DNA from: Candidatus Cloacimonadota bacterium
GTDB lineage: Bacteria; Cloacimonadota; Cloacimonadia; JGIOTU-2
Length of the DNA stretch: 64,000 bases
Direction: 5' to 3'
Assembly (NCBI GenBank): GCA_049903315.1
Contig: JBNGBT010000002.1
Location: 288,001 to 352,000 of the forward strand
In this document: positions 39,452-49,596 of the stretch, in pieces
How positions within the stretch are numbered: the first letter of the stretch is position 1
How the letters are laid out: the number at the start of each line of letters is the position of its first letter
Program-made: the position numbers and the translations under genes
The notes under the pieces: model-generated
Database searches by the model: none
Told to the model about the DNA's origin: nothing
Seen by the model: the letters and a program-made list of their open reading frames with translations, nothing else

Positions 39452-40453
39452 ATGAGATTCGGAAATCCTGAATTCTTTTTGTTTTTATTTGTCGTACCGA
39501 TAATAGTATTGCTCTTCTATCTTTCTGCACAAAGAAGGAAAAAGGTTTTTTCAGAGTTCAGCAGTCCGGAACTTCAAAAGAAACTCATCACAAATCTTTC
39601 CCTGGTTTTGCGAACTCTGAAGAATATCCTCATGGTTGCGATCGTTATTTTGCTAATCATTGCAGCAGCACGCCCACAGTGGGGGAAAAAACTGCAGATC
39701 CTCGAAGAAAAAGGACTTGATATCGTTGTTGCAATTGATGTCTCTACAAGTATGCTTGCGGAAGATTTAGCTCCAAACCGTATTCAGAGAGCAAAGAATT
39801 CTTTCATGACTTTTCTCGAGATGCTGACAGGTGATAGGGTAGGACTTATCATTTTTGCCGGCGATGCATTTGTGCAGTGTCCGATCACTTCAGATTATTC
39901 TGCCTTGAAGATGTTTGCTTCTATTGTGGATGTGGGTCTTGTCCCGGAAGATGGAACGGATATTGCTAATGCTATAGCAAAGGCAAATACTCTTTTTACT
40001 GAGGACACTCAAAACAGGGTTATGGTATTGATAACTGATGGAGAAAATCTACAAGGTGATTTCAAAGAAGCAGTGAAAGAGGCAAAAGAAGATAACATCA
40101 TTATTTATACTTTGGGCATCGGAACGCAAAAGGGATCTCCCATTCCTCTGGTTAATCCGCAAACCGGCGAAAAAGAGTATCTTAAAGATAAAGAAGGAAA
40201 CATCGTACTTTCAAAACTGGATTTCTCAAATTTAAGCTGGATCGCAAAAGAAACGAACGGGCTTTTTTTTCAGATTTCTACAGGTCAACAGGAGATTCGG
40301 GACATTCTTAATGATATAAGCTTACTGGAAAAAGAAAAGATCGCAGAAAGACGCTACTCGGAATATAAAGAACAATATCAATTTTTTGTCTTATTTGCCT
40401 TGTTATTATTACTAATCGAGTTTATATTATGGGAAAGGAAAATAAGATCATGA
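39452..40453 (+). CDS. batB: vWA domain protein BatB
   Basis: AARPQWG, DVSTSMLAED, GDRVGLI and ITDGE. Confidence 0.88.
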   Translation: MRFGNPEFFLFLFVVPIIVLLFYLSAQRRKKVFSEFSSPELQKKLITNLSLVLRTLKNILMVAIVILLIIAAARPQWGKKLQILEEKGLDIVVAIDVSTSMLAEDLAPNRIQRAKNSFMTFLEMLTGDRVGLIIFAGDAFVQCPITSDYSALKMFASIVDVGLVPEDGTDIANAIAKANTLFTEDTQNRVMVLITDGENLQGDFKEAVKEAKEDNIIIYTLGIGTQKGSPIPLVNPQTGEKEYLKDKEGNIVLSKLDFSNLSWIAKETNGLFFQISTGQQEIRDILNDISLLEKEKIAERRYSEYKEQYQFFVLFALLLLLIEFILWERKIRS

Positions 40454-41214
40454 AAAATTCTTTGCTTATTATTGGATTCCTCATGTTTTTAATGGTGCAG
40501 AATTGCTTTGCATTGAGCTATGAAAAAGTGCTGAAGAACAGCAATGCGAAGAAAGCGTATCAAAAAGAGGATTTTGCAAAAGCTGAAGAGCTTTTCAAGC
40601 AGAGCAGTATTGAATACCCGGACGAAGGGAAAATTCATTATAATCTTGCAAATGCGCATTATAAGAATGAAAAATACGATGACGCTATTGCTGAATATGA
40701 AGCTAGTTTGAAGAATGAGGATGTAAACAAAGCGCAAGTGCTGTATAATATTGGGGATTCTTATTTTCAAAAGCAGGATTATCAGAAAGCGATAGAGTAT
40801 TACCGTGATTCACTTATCGAGAATCCGAAAGATGCTGATACGAAATATAATTATGAGCTGACGCGGCAGTATCTCCAGCAGCAGCAAGAACAACAGCAGC
40901 AACAGCAGCAAGACCAGGACCAGGATCAAAAAGATCAGGAACAAGAACAACAGGATAAACAACAGCAAAATCAAGATCAACAAGAAAAGGATCAGGAAGA
41001 ACAACAACAGGAACAGCAGCAACAGCAAGAAAATCAAGAACAACAGCAGAATGAGCAGGATCAGCAAAATCAACCTCAACCTACCGAAGAAGAGAAGAAA
41101 CAGGCAGAGAGAATTCTTGACGCAATGCAGCGAGCCGAAGACGATAATCAAAAAGAAAGAATGAAGAAATTATTACAGCAGGATCAGGTAAAAAAAGTAG
41201 ATAAAAATTGGTAA
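40450..41214 (+). CDS. batC: TPR protein BatC with Gln-rich linker
   Basis: TPRs YNLANAHYK and YNIGDSYF; Q/D/E-rich tract; ends in KNW. ATG 40450 overlaps the batB stop. Confidence 0.85.
   Translation: MKNSLLIIGFLMFLMVQNCFALSYEKVLKNSNAKKAYQKEDFAKAEELFKQSSIEYPDEGKIHYNLANAHYKNEKYDDAIAEYEASLKNEDVNKAQVLYNIGDSYFQKQDYQKAIEYYRDSLIENPKDADTKYNYELTRQYLQQQQEQQQQQQQDQDQDQKDQEQEQQDKQQQNQDQQEKDQEEQQQEQQQQQENQEQQQNEQDQQNQPQPTEEEKKQAERILDAMQRAEDDNQKERMKKLLQQDQVKKVDKNW
40866..41080 (+). repeat. Low-complexity CAG/CAA-rich coding tract (poly-Q/D/E linker)
   Basis: QQQQEQQQQQQQDQDQDQKDQEQEQQ... inside batC. Confidence 0.85.
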
Positions 41215-41215
41215 T

Positions 41216-43012
41216 ATGGTAAAAAAAATATTCCTCGTTACTCTTCTTATATTAATGATCAACGTAGTATATTTTGCGGACAATATTACCGTCACATCAT
41301 ATGTTGATAAAAGTACAGTTTCCTTAAATGAACTTCTCAATCTCACGGTTGAGATCAAGTCCGACGAGCAGATCAGCGCCGAACCGGAGATTCCACAACT
41401 TACAGGATTTCAGATAGTTGGACAATCTTCTTCAAGTTCAACTTCAATTGAAATCATCAATAATGAGATGTCCAGATCCGTCACACAGAGCTTTACGTAT
41501 TCCCTTCGTCCGTTGAAAACAGGCAACTTTACAATCCCTCCAATCTATACGAAATATAAGAATAGCACTTATAGGTCGAAGACTATAAATGTAACCGTTG
41601 TTGAAGAAAACAGCAACATAACCCAACCAAGACAGAATCCCCAAAAGGGAAACGATAATTCCGCTAATAATGTGCAAATTTTCCTTCAGGCAACCCCAAA
41701 TAAATCTGAGGTTTTTGTCGGAGAACCTTTCACGATAAAATATGTGCTGTACAGCAACAAGGGACTGGTCGGACTTAATGCGGAGAAAATGCCGGAATTT
41801 GCTGGATTTGTAAAAGAAGAAACCTTTCAGACAAAAAATATTACACATACTCTTGAAGTAATAAACGGCATACGCTATTATGCCTATCGTATCAGCAATT
41901 ATACGCTTTTTCCGACAAATGCAAATACTTTTACTCTTGATAAAATGGAGTTGCTGTGTGCCTATGAAGTTCCCGCAAAGAGTTTCTTTGATTTCGGTAC
42001 GACAAAGAGGGTGTATATCCAATCAAATACAACGTCCATAAAGGTCAAACCACTTCCTCTCACTGGGCAACCGAATAATTTTTCTGGGGCAGTAGGGCAG
42101 TTCGATATTAAATCCGAACTTAGTTCATCACAGGTAAAAACCGGTGAATCTGTCACTCTGACACTTACTATTAGCGGTGCCGGCAATATACGTATGTTTG
42201 ATGCTCCCACATTGCCTGTTATTCCAAATATCGATACTTTTCCCCCTGAAGAAAGTGAAGAATTGTATCAGCCGGATAATATTTCCGGAAAAAAAGTAAT
42301 AAAATATATTCTTATACCAGAAGAACCCGGCACATATAAATTACCTGCCATATCGTTCACTTATTTTGAACCAGGTTCTCAAGCATATAAAACCATTACC
42401 ACAAGATCACTCAGTCTCATTGTTGAAAAAGGAAAAATCACACCCGGTTCGCTTTCATATATACGTCCTCAAGATATTGATATTCAGGGATTGGATATTA
42501 ATTTCATTAATACAACAAATTCCATAACTGACTATACACTTTTAGTTTCACAGGCGTGGTTTTGGATATTGATCTTACTTTCATTATTGAGTATTGTCGC
42601 AGCATTGATCATAAAAAAGGAACGTGAGAAATTATTGAAGGATAGGGCTTATTACAGAACCCGAATTTCCAATAAACAGCTTCTGAAAGATCTCAGCAAG
42701 GTGCAGATTGCATTAAAGGGAGATGATATTTCAGGATTCTTCGTTGCAACAGAAAATGCTTTGAAGAACTTCATTGCAAATAAATGTAATATTTCAGCAG
42801 GAGCTTCGACTATTCAGGATATTACTTCCGAATTGCAAAAAAATGAGCTCCCTGCACAAGAGATCGCTGATATAATCGAGTTCCTGAAAATTACAGATAG
42901 CGCTCGTTTTGGAGGAATACAATTTTCCCATGAAGAGCTTGAAGAAAAAAATAATGAATTGAACACTATCCTGCAAAATCTTTCAAAAACAAAATTCAGG
43001 AAGAAAAGATGA
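41216..43012 (+). CDS. batD: BatD family protein
   Basis: SSSTSIEIINN, GNFTIP, FSGAVGQF, GNI and a C-terminal TM; operon position. Confidence 0.85.
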   Translation: MVKKIFLVTLLILMINVVYFADNITVTSYVDKSTVSLNELLNLTVEIKSDEQISAEPEIPQLTGFQIVGQSSSSSTSIEIINNEMSRSVTQSFTYSLRPLKTGNFTIPPIYTKYKNSTYRSKTINVTVVEENSNITQPRQNPQKGNDNSANNVQIFLQATPNKSEVFVGEPFTIKYVLYSNKGLVGLNAEKMPEFAGFVKEETFQTKNITHTLEVINGIRYYAYRISNYTLFPTNANTFTLDKMELLCAYEVPAKSFFDFGTTKRVYIQSNTTSIKVKPLPLTGQPNNFSGAVGQFDIKSELSSSQVKTGESVTLTLTISGAGNIRMFDAPTLPVIPNIDTFPPEESEELYQPDNISGKKVIKYILIPEEPGTYKLPAISFTYFEPGSQAYKTITTRSLSLIVEKGKITPGSLSYIRPQDIDIQGLDINFINTTNSITDYTLLVSQAWFWILILLSLLSIVAALIIKKEREKLLKDRAYYRTRISNKQLLKDLSKVQIALKGDDISGFFVATENALKNFIANKCNISAGASTIQDITSELQKNELPAQEIADIIEFLKITDSARFGGIQFSHEELEEKNNELNTILQNLSKTKFRKKR

Positions 43013-43758
43013 AAAAATATATATTTATTTTGAGCATATTACTTCTCATTCCTTTATTGCTTTGTGCAAAGAAGTACGATCTGAGTGCTGCTAATACTGC
43101 TTACCAGGAACAGAATTATCAAAAAGCTGAAGAAGAATACATGAAACTTGTCACCGAAGGAGTGAAAAATTTCGAGCTTTTTTATAATCTTGGAAATACG
43201 TATTTCAAACTGAATGATCTTGGCAGTGCACGACTCTATTACGAAAAAGCTGCAAAATTTGAGCCGCTCAACACTGAATTAAATGAGAATATTGCAATGC
43301 TGTTGGCAAGCATTAAAGACAAAGAGGAAGTCAACAGGTCATTTATCGAAACTCTACTACGAAAAATATATTTTGCATTTTCAATCAACCTCTTGGGAAT
43401 ATTTGTACTTGTAATTTTCATTATTATGATGATTTTCATCATTATTCTCATCATGAGTAAAAGTATAATGCTTAAGCGAGTTGTGAAAATTCTTCTCGTG
43501 GTTTTCGCAGTGATCTTCTTTCTGGTGACTGTAACTGAAGTAGTGAGGATTCGGGATTTCTATACTGATGATTCTGCAGTAATACTTCAAGAAACAGTTA
43601 TTGCGTATAGTGGTCCGAGTGAGGATTTTTCACAGGTATTCACTATTCATGAAGGATTGAAAGTATCAATCGAAAGGTTTGATAATGACTGGGTCCTGAT
43701 AAAACTTCCATCCGGAAATGGGGGATGGGTACTTTCCACATCATTAGGAATTATTTGA
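43009..43758 (+). CDS. batE: BatE (TPR + TM + SH3-like)
   Basis: YNLGNTYFK, ARLYYEKA, SGPS...IHEGLKV...GWV. Confidence 0.85.
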   Translation: MKKYIFILSILLLIPLLLCAKKYDLSAANTAYQEQNYQKAEEEYMKLVTEGVKNFELFYNLGNTYFKLNDLGSARLYYEKAAKFEPLNTELNENIAMLLASIKDKEEVNRSFIETLLRKIYFAFSINLLGIFVLVIFIIMMIFIIILIMSKSIMLKRVVKILLVVFAVIFFLVTVTEVVRIRDFYTDDSAVILQETVIAYSGPSEDFSQVFTIHEGLKVSIERFDNDWVLIKLPSGNGGWVLSTSLGII

Positions 43759-43759
43759 T

Positions 43760-44068
43760 ATGAAGGTGAAGCACACTTCACAAAATGCTCAAACTCTGGG
43801 GATTATTGGATTTATACTTCTCATTCCTGCTGTCCTTTCCTGGATTCTATTCGTTCTCTATCTTTCTCATATTACAAGTTTATTTAATATAATTTTTAAA
43901 GCAACTCCAACTTTGATGGTTATTATTTTTACACTAAATCCACTTGGAGCTTTTGCCCTTGGTGTTTTTTCCACTTCGTATGAAAGCAGAAATGTGTACG
44001 CACGAATTGCCTCGATAGGTGGAGTTATCCTAATCGGATTTCTTCTGATTGCAATAATAGTACGTTAA
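43760..44068 (+). CDS. Small membrane protein (about 3 TM)
   Basis: Hydrophobic 102-aa ORF starting directly after batE. Confidence 0.6.
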   Translation: MKVKHTSQNAQTLGIIGFILLIPAVLSWILFVLYLSHITSLFNIIFKATPTLMVIIFTLNPLGAFALGVFSTSYESRNVYARIASIGGVILIGFLLIAIIVR

Positions 44069-44171
44069 TCAACATAAAATCTGATAAATTGCTCTTTATT
44101 TATAAATATTTTGACAAGCTTTAGCTCTATGTACTTTTTTATTCAAAAAAATTTGAACATAATCAAAATCT

Positions 44172-45344
44172 ATGTACATATTAATTATCGGTTTACTTGT
44201 AATAATACTTTTTTCAGCGTATGAATACTATTCCCACTATGCATATAGAAAGAAGATACCTCTTGTTATTCATATTAACGGAACCCGCGGGAAGTCCAGT
44301 GTTACACGTCTTATTGCTGCCGGTCTGCGTGAGGGTGGAAAAAGAACTATTGCAAAAACAACCGGTTCTGCCCCAAGGATAATTCTTGAAAATGGCAGTG
44401 AGATTCCCATTCAGCGTCCTCGTGGACCGAATATCAGAGAACAGGTCAAGATATGTAAATTCGCAGCAAAACGCTCTGCAGATGCTCTTGTGCTCGAATG
44501 TATGGCTGTCATGCCGGAATATCAGTGGATATCAGAGCATAAGATCGTGCGATCTGATATTGGAGTGATAACCAATATTCGTCTCGATCATCTCGATGTG
44601 ATGGGTCCGGGAATCAAAAACGTGACCTATTCTATTTGCAACACAGTACCTAAAAAATCAATCTCTTACACAAGCGAGAGGAAATTGTTTCCCTATATGA
44701 AAGAAATCGCAGATAGAAAAAAAACGAAAATCTATCTCAGCGATCCGGAAGACGTAGAAGATGAAGTACTTGATGAATTTTCACATATCGAACATAAAGA
44801 TAATATTTCCCTTGCATTAGATGTATGCAAAGCATGCGGAGTCGAGCGGAATATCGCACTCGAAGGGATGAAAAAAGCAAAACCCGATATAGGAGCAACA
44901 ACTTTTTATCATGTACATGATGAGGAAAGAGATGTATATTTTGCTCATTCCTTTGCTGCGAATGATCCTGAATCTACAGAGTATGTAATCAAATCAGTAA
45001 AAAACCTTCATCCTGATATCGAATTTTGCGGATTCATTCTCAATACGCGTGCAGATAGGATGTTCCGCTCAAAGCAGTTAGTGAAAATGTTCCGGGAAAT
45101 GGATTTTGACGGTCTATATCTGATAGGACAGGAAACCGCAACAGTGTATGCCTATGCACAAAGCAATAAACTTCCAATGGCAAAAGTGCATAATTTCGGA
45201 TGGGTGACTGGTGAACAATTCATGAAAAAGTTAGGTAAGATCGGAACACAAAATATTTTATTGATAGGCATTGGAAATATTGGTGGAAATGGGGGAATAA
45301 TTGTGAATTATTTTCAAGAAAAATCGAAAATCGGAGAAGCATAA
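44172..45344 (+). CDS. pgsB: Poly-gamma-glutamate synthase PgsB/CapB
   Basis: IHINGTRGKSSVTRLI, KTTGS, LECMAV, ITNIRLDHLDVMG and FAANDPEST. Confidence 0.93.
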   Translation: MYILIIGLLVIILFSAYEYYSHYAYRKKIPLVIHINGTRGKSSVTRLIAAGLREGGKRTIAKTTGSAPRIILENGSEIPIQRPRGPNIREQVKICKFAAKRSADALVLECMAVMPEYQWISEHKIVRSDIGVITNIRLDHLDVMGPGIKNVTYSICNTVPKKSISYTSERKLFPYMKEIADRKKTKIYLSDPEDVEDEVLDEFSHIEHKDNISLALDVCKACGVERNIALEGMKKAKPDIGATTFYHVHDEERDVYFAHSFAANDPESTEYVIKSVKNLHPDIEFCGFILNTRADRMFRSKQLVKMFREMDFDGLYLIGQETATVYAYAQSNKLPMAKVHNFGWVTGEQFMKKLGKIGTQNILLIGIGNIGGNGGIIVNYFQEKSKIGEA

Positions 45345-45794
45345 ATGTTTGAAGTCGCAATAGGTTTAGGTGTTTTAACAAGTCTTTTCTTTTTGGAAAC
45401 CTTTGGCGTTGCTGCTGGCGGTATTGTTGTGTGCGGTTATATTGCTCTCTATCTTCATGAACCTCTTACTATATTAGTGACACTTGCGATAAGCTTTGCT
45501 GTGTATGGAATCGTGAAATTTCTTGGTATCTTCATGTTCATGTATGGACGCCGCAGAATGGTCATATCAGTTTTGCTGGGATTCATAATCGGATGGCTGG
45601 TACGGTCTTTTGGTTTATTTTCTTACATTCCAGGTGACCAGGCAGTTCGTGTGATCGGGTACATTATTCCCGGCTTGATCGCAAATTCAATGGAGCGTCA
45701 GGGAATCATTCAGACAATATCGATAATGGGTGTTGCAGCAGTTATTGTGAGGATGATTCTCATTCTCGTTTTCGGGGGACAACTAATAGGATGA
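45345..45794 (+). CDS. pgsC: Poly-gamma-glutamate biosynthesis protein PgsC/CapC
   Basis: AGGIVVCGYIAL, MYGRRR and IGYIIPGLIAN. Confidence 0.93.
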   Translation: MFEVAIGLGVLTSLFFLETFGVAAGGIVVCGYIALYLHEPLTILVTLAISFAVYGIVKFLGIFMFMYGRRRMVISVLLGFIIGWLVRSFGLFSYIPGDQAVRVIGYIIPGLIANSMERQGIIQTISIMGVAAVIVRMILILVFGGQLIG

Positions 45795-45799
45795 AAATG

Positions 45800-46246
45800 A
45801 ATATCCAATATCCAACACGGAATGATCAATGAAGAAGGAAAAAGAAAGTAAAAAATTCGATTTACACAATAGATTAATTGATTATGCTGTGAGAATAATA
45901 AAAGTATCTGAAAAACTACCAGCGACAATAACAGGCAAGCATATTTCATTGCAGATTTTGAGAAGTGGTACTTCTGTAGCTGCTAATTATGGAGAAGCTC
46001 AAAGCGCAGAATCGCGTTCAGACTTTATACATAAATTAAAGTTATCTCTCAAAGAACTCAGAGAAACTGATGTTTGGCTTAGGATCATTGAAAAATCAGA
46101 ATTAATAGAACCAGCATCAAAATTATCTTTACTATTAAAAGAAACTGATGAATAATAGAAAATTAAATACTTGGATATTGGACATTCCGTGCTTGCCGAG
46201 CCATATCCGCAAGCTGGCTGAGAAGGCTGGTTCAATATTGGATATT
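45800..46246. mobile_element. Inverted-repeat-flanked four-helix-bundle element inside the pgs operon
   Basis: Left arm AATATCCAATATCCAACACGGAATG (45800-45824); right arm TTGGATATTGGACATTCCGTG...TTCAATATTGGATATT (46171-46246). Confidence 0.6.
45829..46155 (+). CDS. Four-helix-bundle (23S rRNA IVP / bAvd-like) protein, possibly C-terminally truncated
   Basis: QILRSGTSVAANYGEAQSAESRSDFIHKL...LKELRET..WL; stops at ETDE, where the last helix usually continues. Confidence 0.85.
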   Translation: MKKEKESKKFDLHNRLIDYAVRIIKVSEKLPATITGKHISLQILRSGTSVAANYGEAQSAESRSDFIHKLKLSLKELRETDVWLRIIEKSELIEPASKLSLLLKETDE

Positions 46247-46268
46247 GAAATATTTTAAAAGAGGTGCT

Positions 46269-47369
46269 ATGTACATCCCAAGTGCGCATTCTAAAATAAG
46301 TGTTATCATACTTCTGCTCATCGCAATAGCATTGTTTTTATGGATTCAAAACTCCAGGATTTGGGTGAAAGAAAAATATTATGATGAGAAATTCCAGGCT
46401 GCACAACTCACAAAACAGGCTACTGATGCAATCAGAGAGTATAGGATTGGTCAGGGTTATACTTTTGATGAGTTGAACGATCCTAATAAATCAGGTCTGA
46501 TTGGAGACAAATATTCGCTTATCACAACAGACAGGGGAGATCTCACAGCAAAGTTGACCACGCTCAATCCAAATATATCTGCAATTATTATTGATTTTTT
46601 CCAGCAAGCAAAACTTGAAAAAGGTGATGTGATCGCAGTGAATGTTACCGGTTCCATGCCAGCTCTCAATATTGCTGTTCTGAGCGCTGCAAAAGTACTG
46701 GGAATCGATGTCGTGCTGGTAAGCTCGGTCGGTGCATCTATGTTTGGTGCAACCGATCCTTACTTTACCTGGCTCGATATAGAAACGCTGCTCAATGAAA
46801 AGGATATCATTTCCTATAAAAGCATTGCAGCATCACTCGGTGGGGGACGCGACCTTGGGCGCGGATTGAGCAAAGCAGGACGCGATCTTATTGTGGAAGC
46901 GATTGATCGAAATAATGTTGAGCTTATTCAGGAAATAAGTATTGAGAAAAATATAGAACGCAAAATGGAAATTTTTGAAAACACCTATGCCAGCGATATT
47001 GCTCTCTATATAAATGTTGGTGGTGGACTTTCCAGTCTTGGAGATGCGGTGAATGGTCGTCTGCTCCCGCCGGGGCTTCATAAGCATGTGCTGACCCGCA
47101 ATATACCCAAAAAAGGAACCATGTTCCTCTTCGCAGAAAAAGGAGTTCCAATCATTCATTTACTCGATGTGCGTGCACTTGCAGAGGAGTATAACCTCCC
47201 AATCTCACCTGTGCCTTTGCCTGAACCAGGAACAGGCGAAATGTTCCTTGAGGAGAGATATAATCTCACTGTTACTTCCATTGCACTGGCAATCCTCGTG
47301 ATCCTTATTGTAATAGTAATTTTCTTTGACAGAAGACAGCAGCAGTTTAAAGAAGAAAATGCGATATAA
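46269..47369 (+). CDS. pgsW: Poly-gamma-glutamate system protein (PgsW-like)
   Basis: DPNKSGLIG, TTDRGDL.AK.TT.NPN, TGSMPALN, SVGASMFGA and INVGGG; ATG 46269 follows GAGG. Confidence 0.8.
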   Translation: MYIPSAHSKISVIILLLIAIALFLWIQNSRIWVKEKYYDEKFQAAQLTKQATDAIREYRIGQGYTFDELNDPNKSGLIGDKYSLITTDRGDLTAKLTTLNPNISAIIIDFFQQAKLEKGDVIAVNVTGSMPALNIAVLSAAKVLGIDVVLVSSVGASMFGATDPYFTWLDIETLLNEKDIISYKSIAASLGGGRDLGRGLSKAGRDLIVEAIDRNNVELIQEISIEKNIERKMEIFENTYASDIALYINVGGGLSSLGDAVNGRLLPPGLHKHVLTRNIPKKGTMFLFAEKGVPIIHLLDVRALAEEYNLPISPVPLPEPGTGEMFLEERYNLTVTSIALAILVILIVIVIFFDRRQQQFKEENAI

Positions 47370-47398
47370 GGAAGAATATCCAAGTTTAAAGGTATAAA

Positions 47399-48286
47399 AT
47401 GAAGAAGTTTTTTATTGTATTTGTTATTATGATCATTGGCTCACATCTGAGAGCACAGCAAGCAGAACTGAAGTTTGACCAGGCACCCGATAATTTTGTT
47501 CTTTATAATTCTAATAATCAGAAAATGTACTCCTACTACTTGCTGCCTTCAAAAGAGAATATTACCTTTACCACCCTGAACATCGATACTCTTGAGATAT
47601 ATTCGAGAATTTTCATTGAAGAACAAAAGGAAGCATATTCATACGAATATGTAGTCACATACAATTCTCGAAACGATACTATTCATAAAACATGCAAAAA
47701 GAGCAGCATTACCCGTGGAGTGAACGGACAAGGAGTTTCAACATATAATAAATCTTTGATCGAGCTACAAAATAAACAATATACTTTAAAGGTTAAAAAT
47801 ATCTCTTCGGAATCGATTCTGTTTAAATTTAACTATAATTCTCTTTCTAATTTTTCATCTCAGCATGAATATATTTCTTATAGCCCGGATGAATATGGAG
47901 ATGAAAAAGTGCTCATGCTCAATGATAAAGAATATACGTATTACGAACCAAACAGCAACAGGATAGCTCTTGATCTTGAAGGTCCAATATATCTAAAAAT
48001 TATCAGCCGTGTGCTTTTTAATATGACCGGAACAAAGAAGATAGATTATCAATTTGAGGTTTATGACAACAATAGTTTATTTGCTTCTTTCGACGAGGTA
48101 GGATATAAATCTGCGAAATCTATCTTGACAAATAATATTGAATTAATTCCTTCAATTGGTGATGTGAATATTCTTCATTTTGAAAAGGGTACGCATCATA
48201 TCGAGATAAAGAAAACATCCAATAATCATGACGTGTTGTTTAGATTTTATATTAATAAAGCAGCAGTGTTCGTGGGGGATAGATGA
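47399..48286 (+). CDS. Secreted/periplasmic hypothetical protein, beta-rich with two similar halves
   Basis: Signal peptide; co-oriented with the pgs genes and overlapping the next gene (ATGA). Confidence 0.7.
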   Translation: MKKFFIVFVIMIIGSHLRAQQAELKFDQAPDNFVLYNSNNQKMYSYYLLPSKENITFTTLNIDTLEIYSRIFIEEQKEAYSYEYVVTYNSRNDTIHKTCKKSSITRGVNGQGVSTYNKSLIELQNKQYTLKVKNISSESILFKFNYNSLSNFSSQHEYISYSPDEYGDEKVLMLNDKEYTYYEPNSNRIALDLEGPIYLKIISRVLFNMTGTKKIDYQFEVYDNNSLFASFDEVGYKSAKSILTNNIELIPSIGDVNILHFEKGTHHIEIKKTSNNHDVLFRFYINKAAVFVGDR

Positions 48287-49338
48287 AAAAATTAATTTTT
48301 ATTTGTTTTGCAGTTTTAATAAGTGTGCAAATTCTCTCCGCACAGGAGTTCGACTACTCTCTTTACAACAAGATCGATATCAGAACCTTCTATGACAGCA
48401 ATGTGCTCAACCTCTCCTCCAAAGACATTCATGAATTTCTGAGTGGGCAGGATCCGGAAAAATATCATATTAAATCAGTTGATGACATGGTGAGTTCATT
48501 TGATATTGAACTTGGTTTCAAACACAACCTTGTTATGGGGCATACACAGATCAGCAAATTCAAATTTTCTTATGACAAATATTGGAAGAACGGATTTAAA
48601 GATTTCAAATTTGTGAGTTTTGAACTCATTCAATATTTCAGCAAATATGTAGATGTTCGAGCGAAATATTCTTATTATCCATATATTTTCATCAATAAAT
48701 ATGAAAGCTATTTCGATCCTTATTATGGATATCATGATTTTACTTATTCAAAAAATCTGGTATGTTCGGGAATGAATATCCGCATTCTTGATTATGTTGA
48801 GTTCGGATATAATTTTGAATATACTGATCAAAACTACAATGACTATTTTCCTGAATATGATGCCTATAATTTCATTAATGAGGGCTGGATCGGTTTTAAA
48901 CCCATGGATAATAGTAAAATTAAATTCAAATACTCATATATCTCGTCAATTGCACGAGCTGAAAAAGTGTATCAACCAGGCAGCATCGAGATTCGCGACC
49001 CTTCCTATGATGCAAATGTTTTTTATACCTCAATATCATTTCCTTTATTTAATAGCCGGCGTGGTAATGCAATAAAATTGTTTCACAGTTTTGAGTGGGA
49101 AAATAAATATTTTCAATCACCATTTTCTCCGGTAGTTGATCCATTCCATTCAGGAAGAAAAGACAACATCTTTCATTATGAGGGCTGGCTCATATATCCG
49201 ATCTGGAACCTTTTTGATTTCCGGACATTTTATACCTACGAAAGCAGAAAAACAGAATCACCAAATGGAACACTCGTATCTGATGAGAAGAATTACATAA
49301 CACGAACATATGGTGTATCAATCCAGGTGAGATTCTAA
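48283..49338 (+). CDS. Probable outer-membrane beta-barrel protein
   Basis: Signal peptide, Tyr/Phe-rich alternating strands and C-terminal YGVSIQVRF (terminal Phe). Confidence 0.65.
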   Translation: MKKLIFICFAVLISVQILSAQEFDYSLYNKIDIRTFYDSNVLNLSSKDIHEFLSGQDPEKYHIKSVDDMVSSFDIELGFKHNLVMGHTQISKFKFSYDKYWKNGFKDFKFVSFELIQYFSKYVDVRAKYSYYPYIFINKYESYFDPYYGYHDFTYSKNLVCSGMNIRILDYVEFGYNFEYTDQNYNDYFPEYDAYNFINEGWIGFKPMDNSKIKFKYSYISSIARAEKVYQPGSIEIRDPSYDANVFYTSISFPLFNSRRGNAIKLFHSFEWENKYFQSPFSPVVDPFHSGRKDNIFHYEGWLIYPIWNLFDFRTFYTYESRKTESPNGTLVSDEKNYITRTYGVSIQVRF

Positions 49339-49365
49339 AACTTGCATCTCATAAATAATTATATT

Positions 49366-49397
49366 CTGCCATGCATTTTTGTGTGGCAGTTTTTTTT
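49366..49397 (+). terminator. Intrinsic terminator closing the pgs operon
   Basis: CTGCCATGCA-tttt-TGTGTGGCAG followed by T8. Confidence 0.85.
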
Positions 49398-49596
49398 AAA
49401 GTAAGCCTTACTCGTTCCTAAGTTGAACTTGGGAACGAGAAAGTATTATTTTTGCGAGTTTAACACAACATATCTAATATTCATCAATTATACTGGAATT
49501 TGTTGGTTTTTTATTTTTTTCTACTTGACAGATTTATTTTTGAAAAGTTATAAAGTCCTAACAACAAAAATAACTATAATTTGCCGGGAGGTAAAA

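Noticed and set aside
40810..41151. Leu-rich minus-strand ORF
   Set aside because: Antisense shadow of the Gln-rich batC linker.
45829..46155. Diversity-generating retroelement (Avd-like gene)
   Set aside because: No reverse transcriptase or TR/VR pair seen in the window.
49423..49596. N-terminal extension of the GLUG protein in the ORF track
   Set aside because: It covers promoter-like AT-rich DNA; the RBS and signal peptide indicate ATG 49597.
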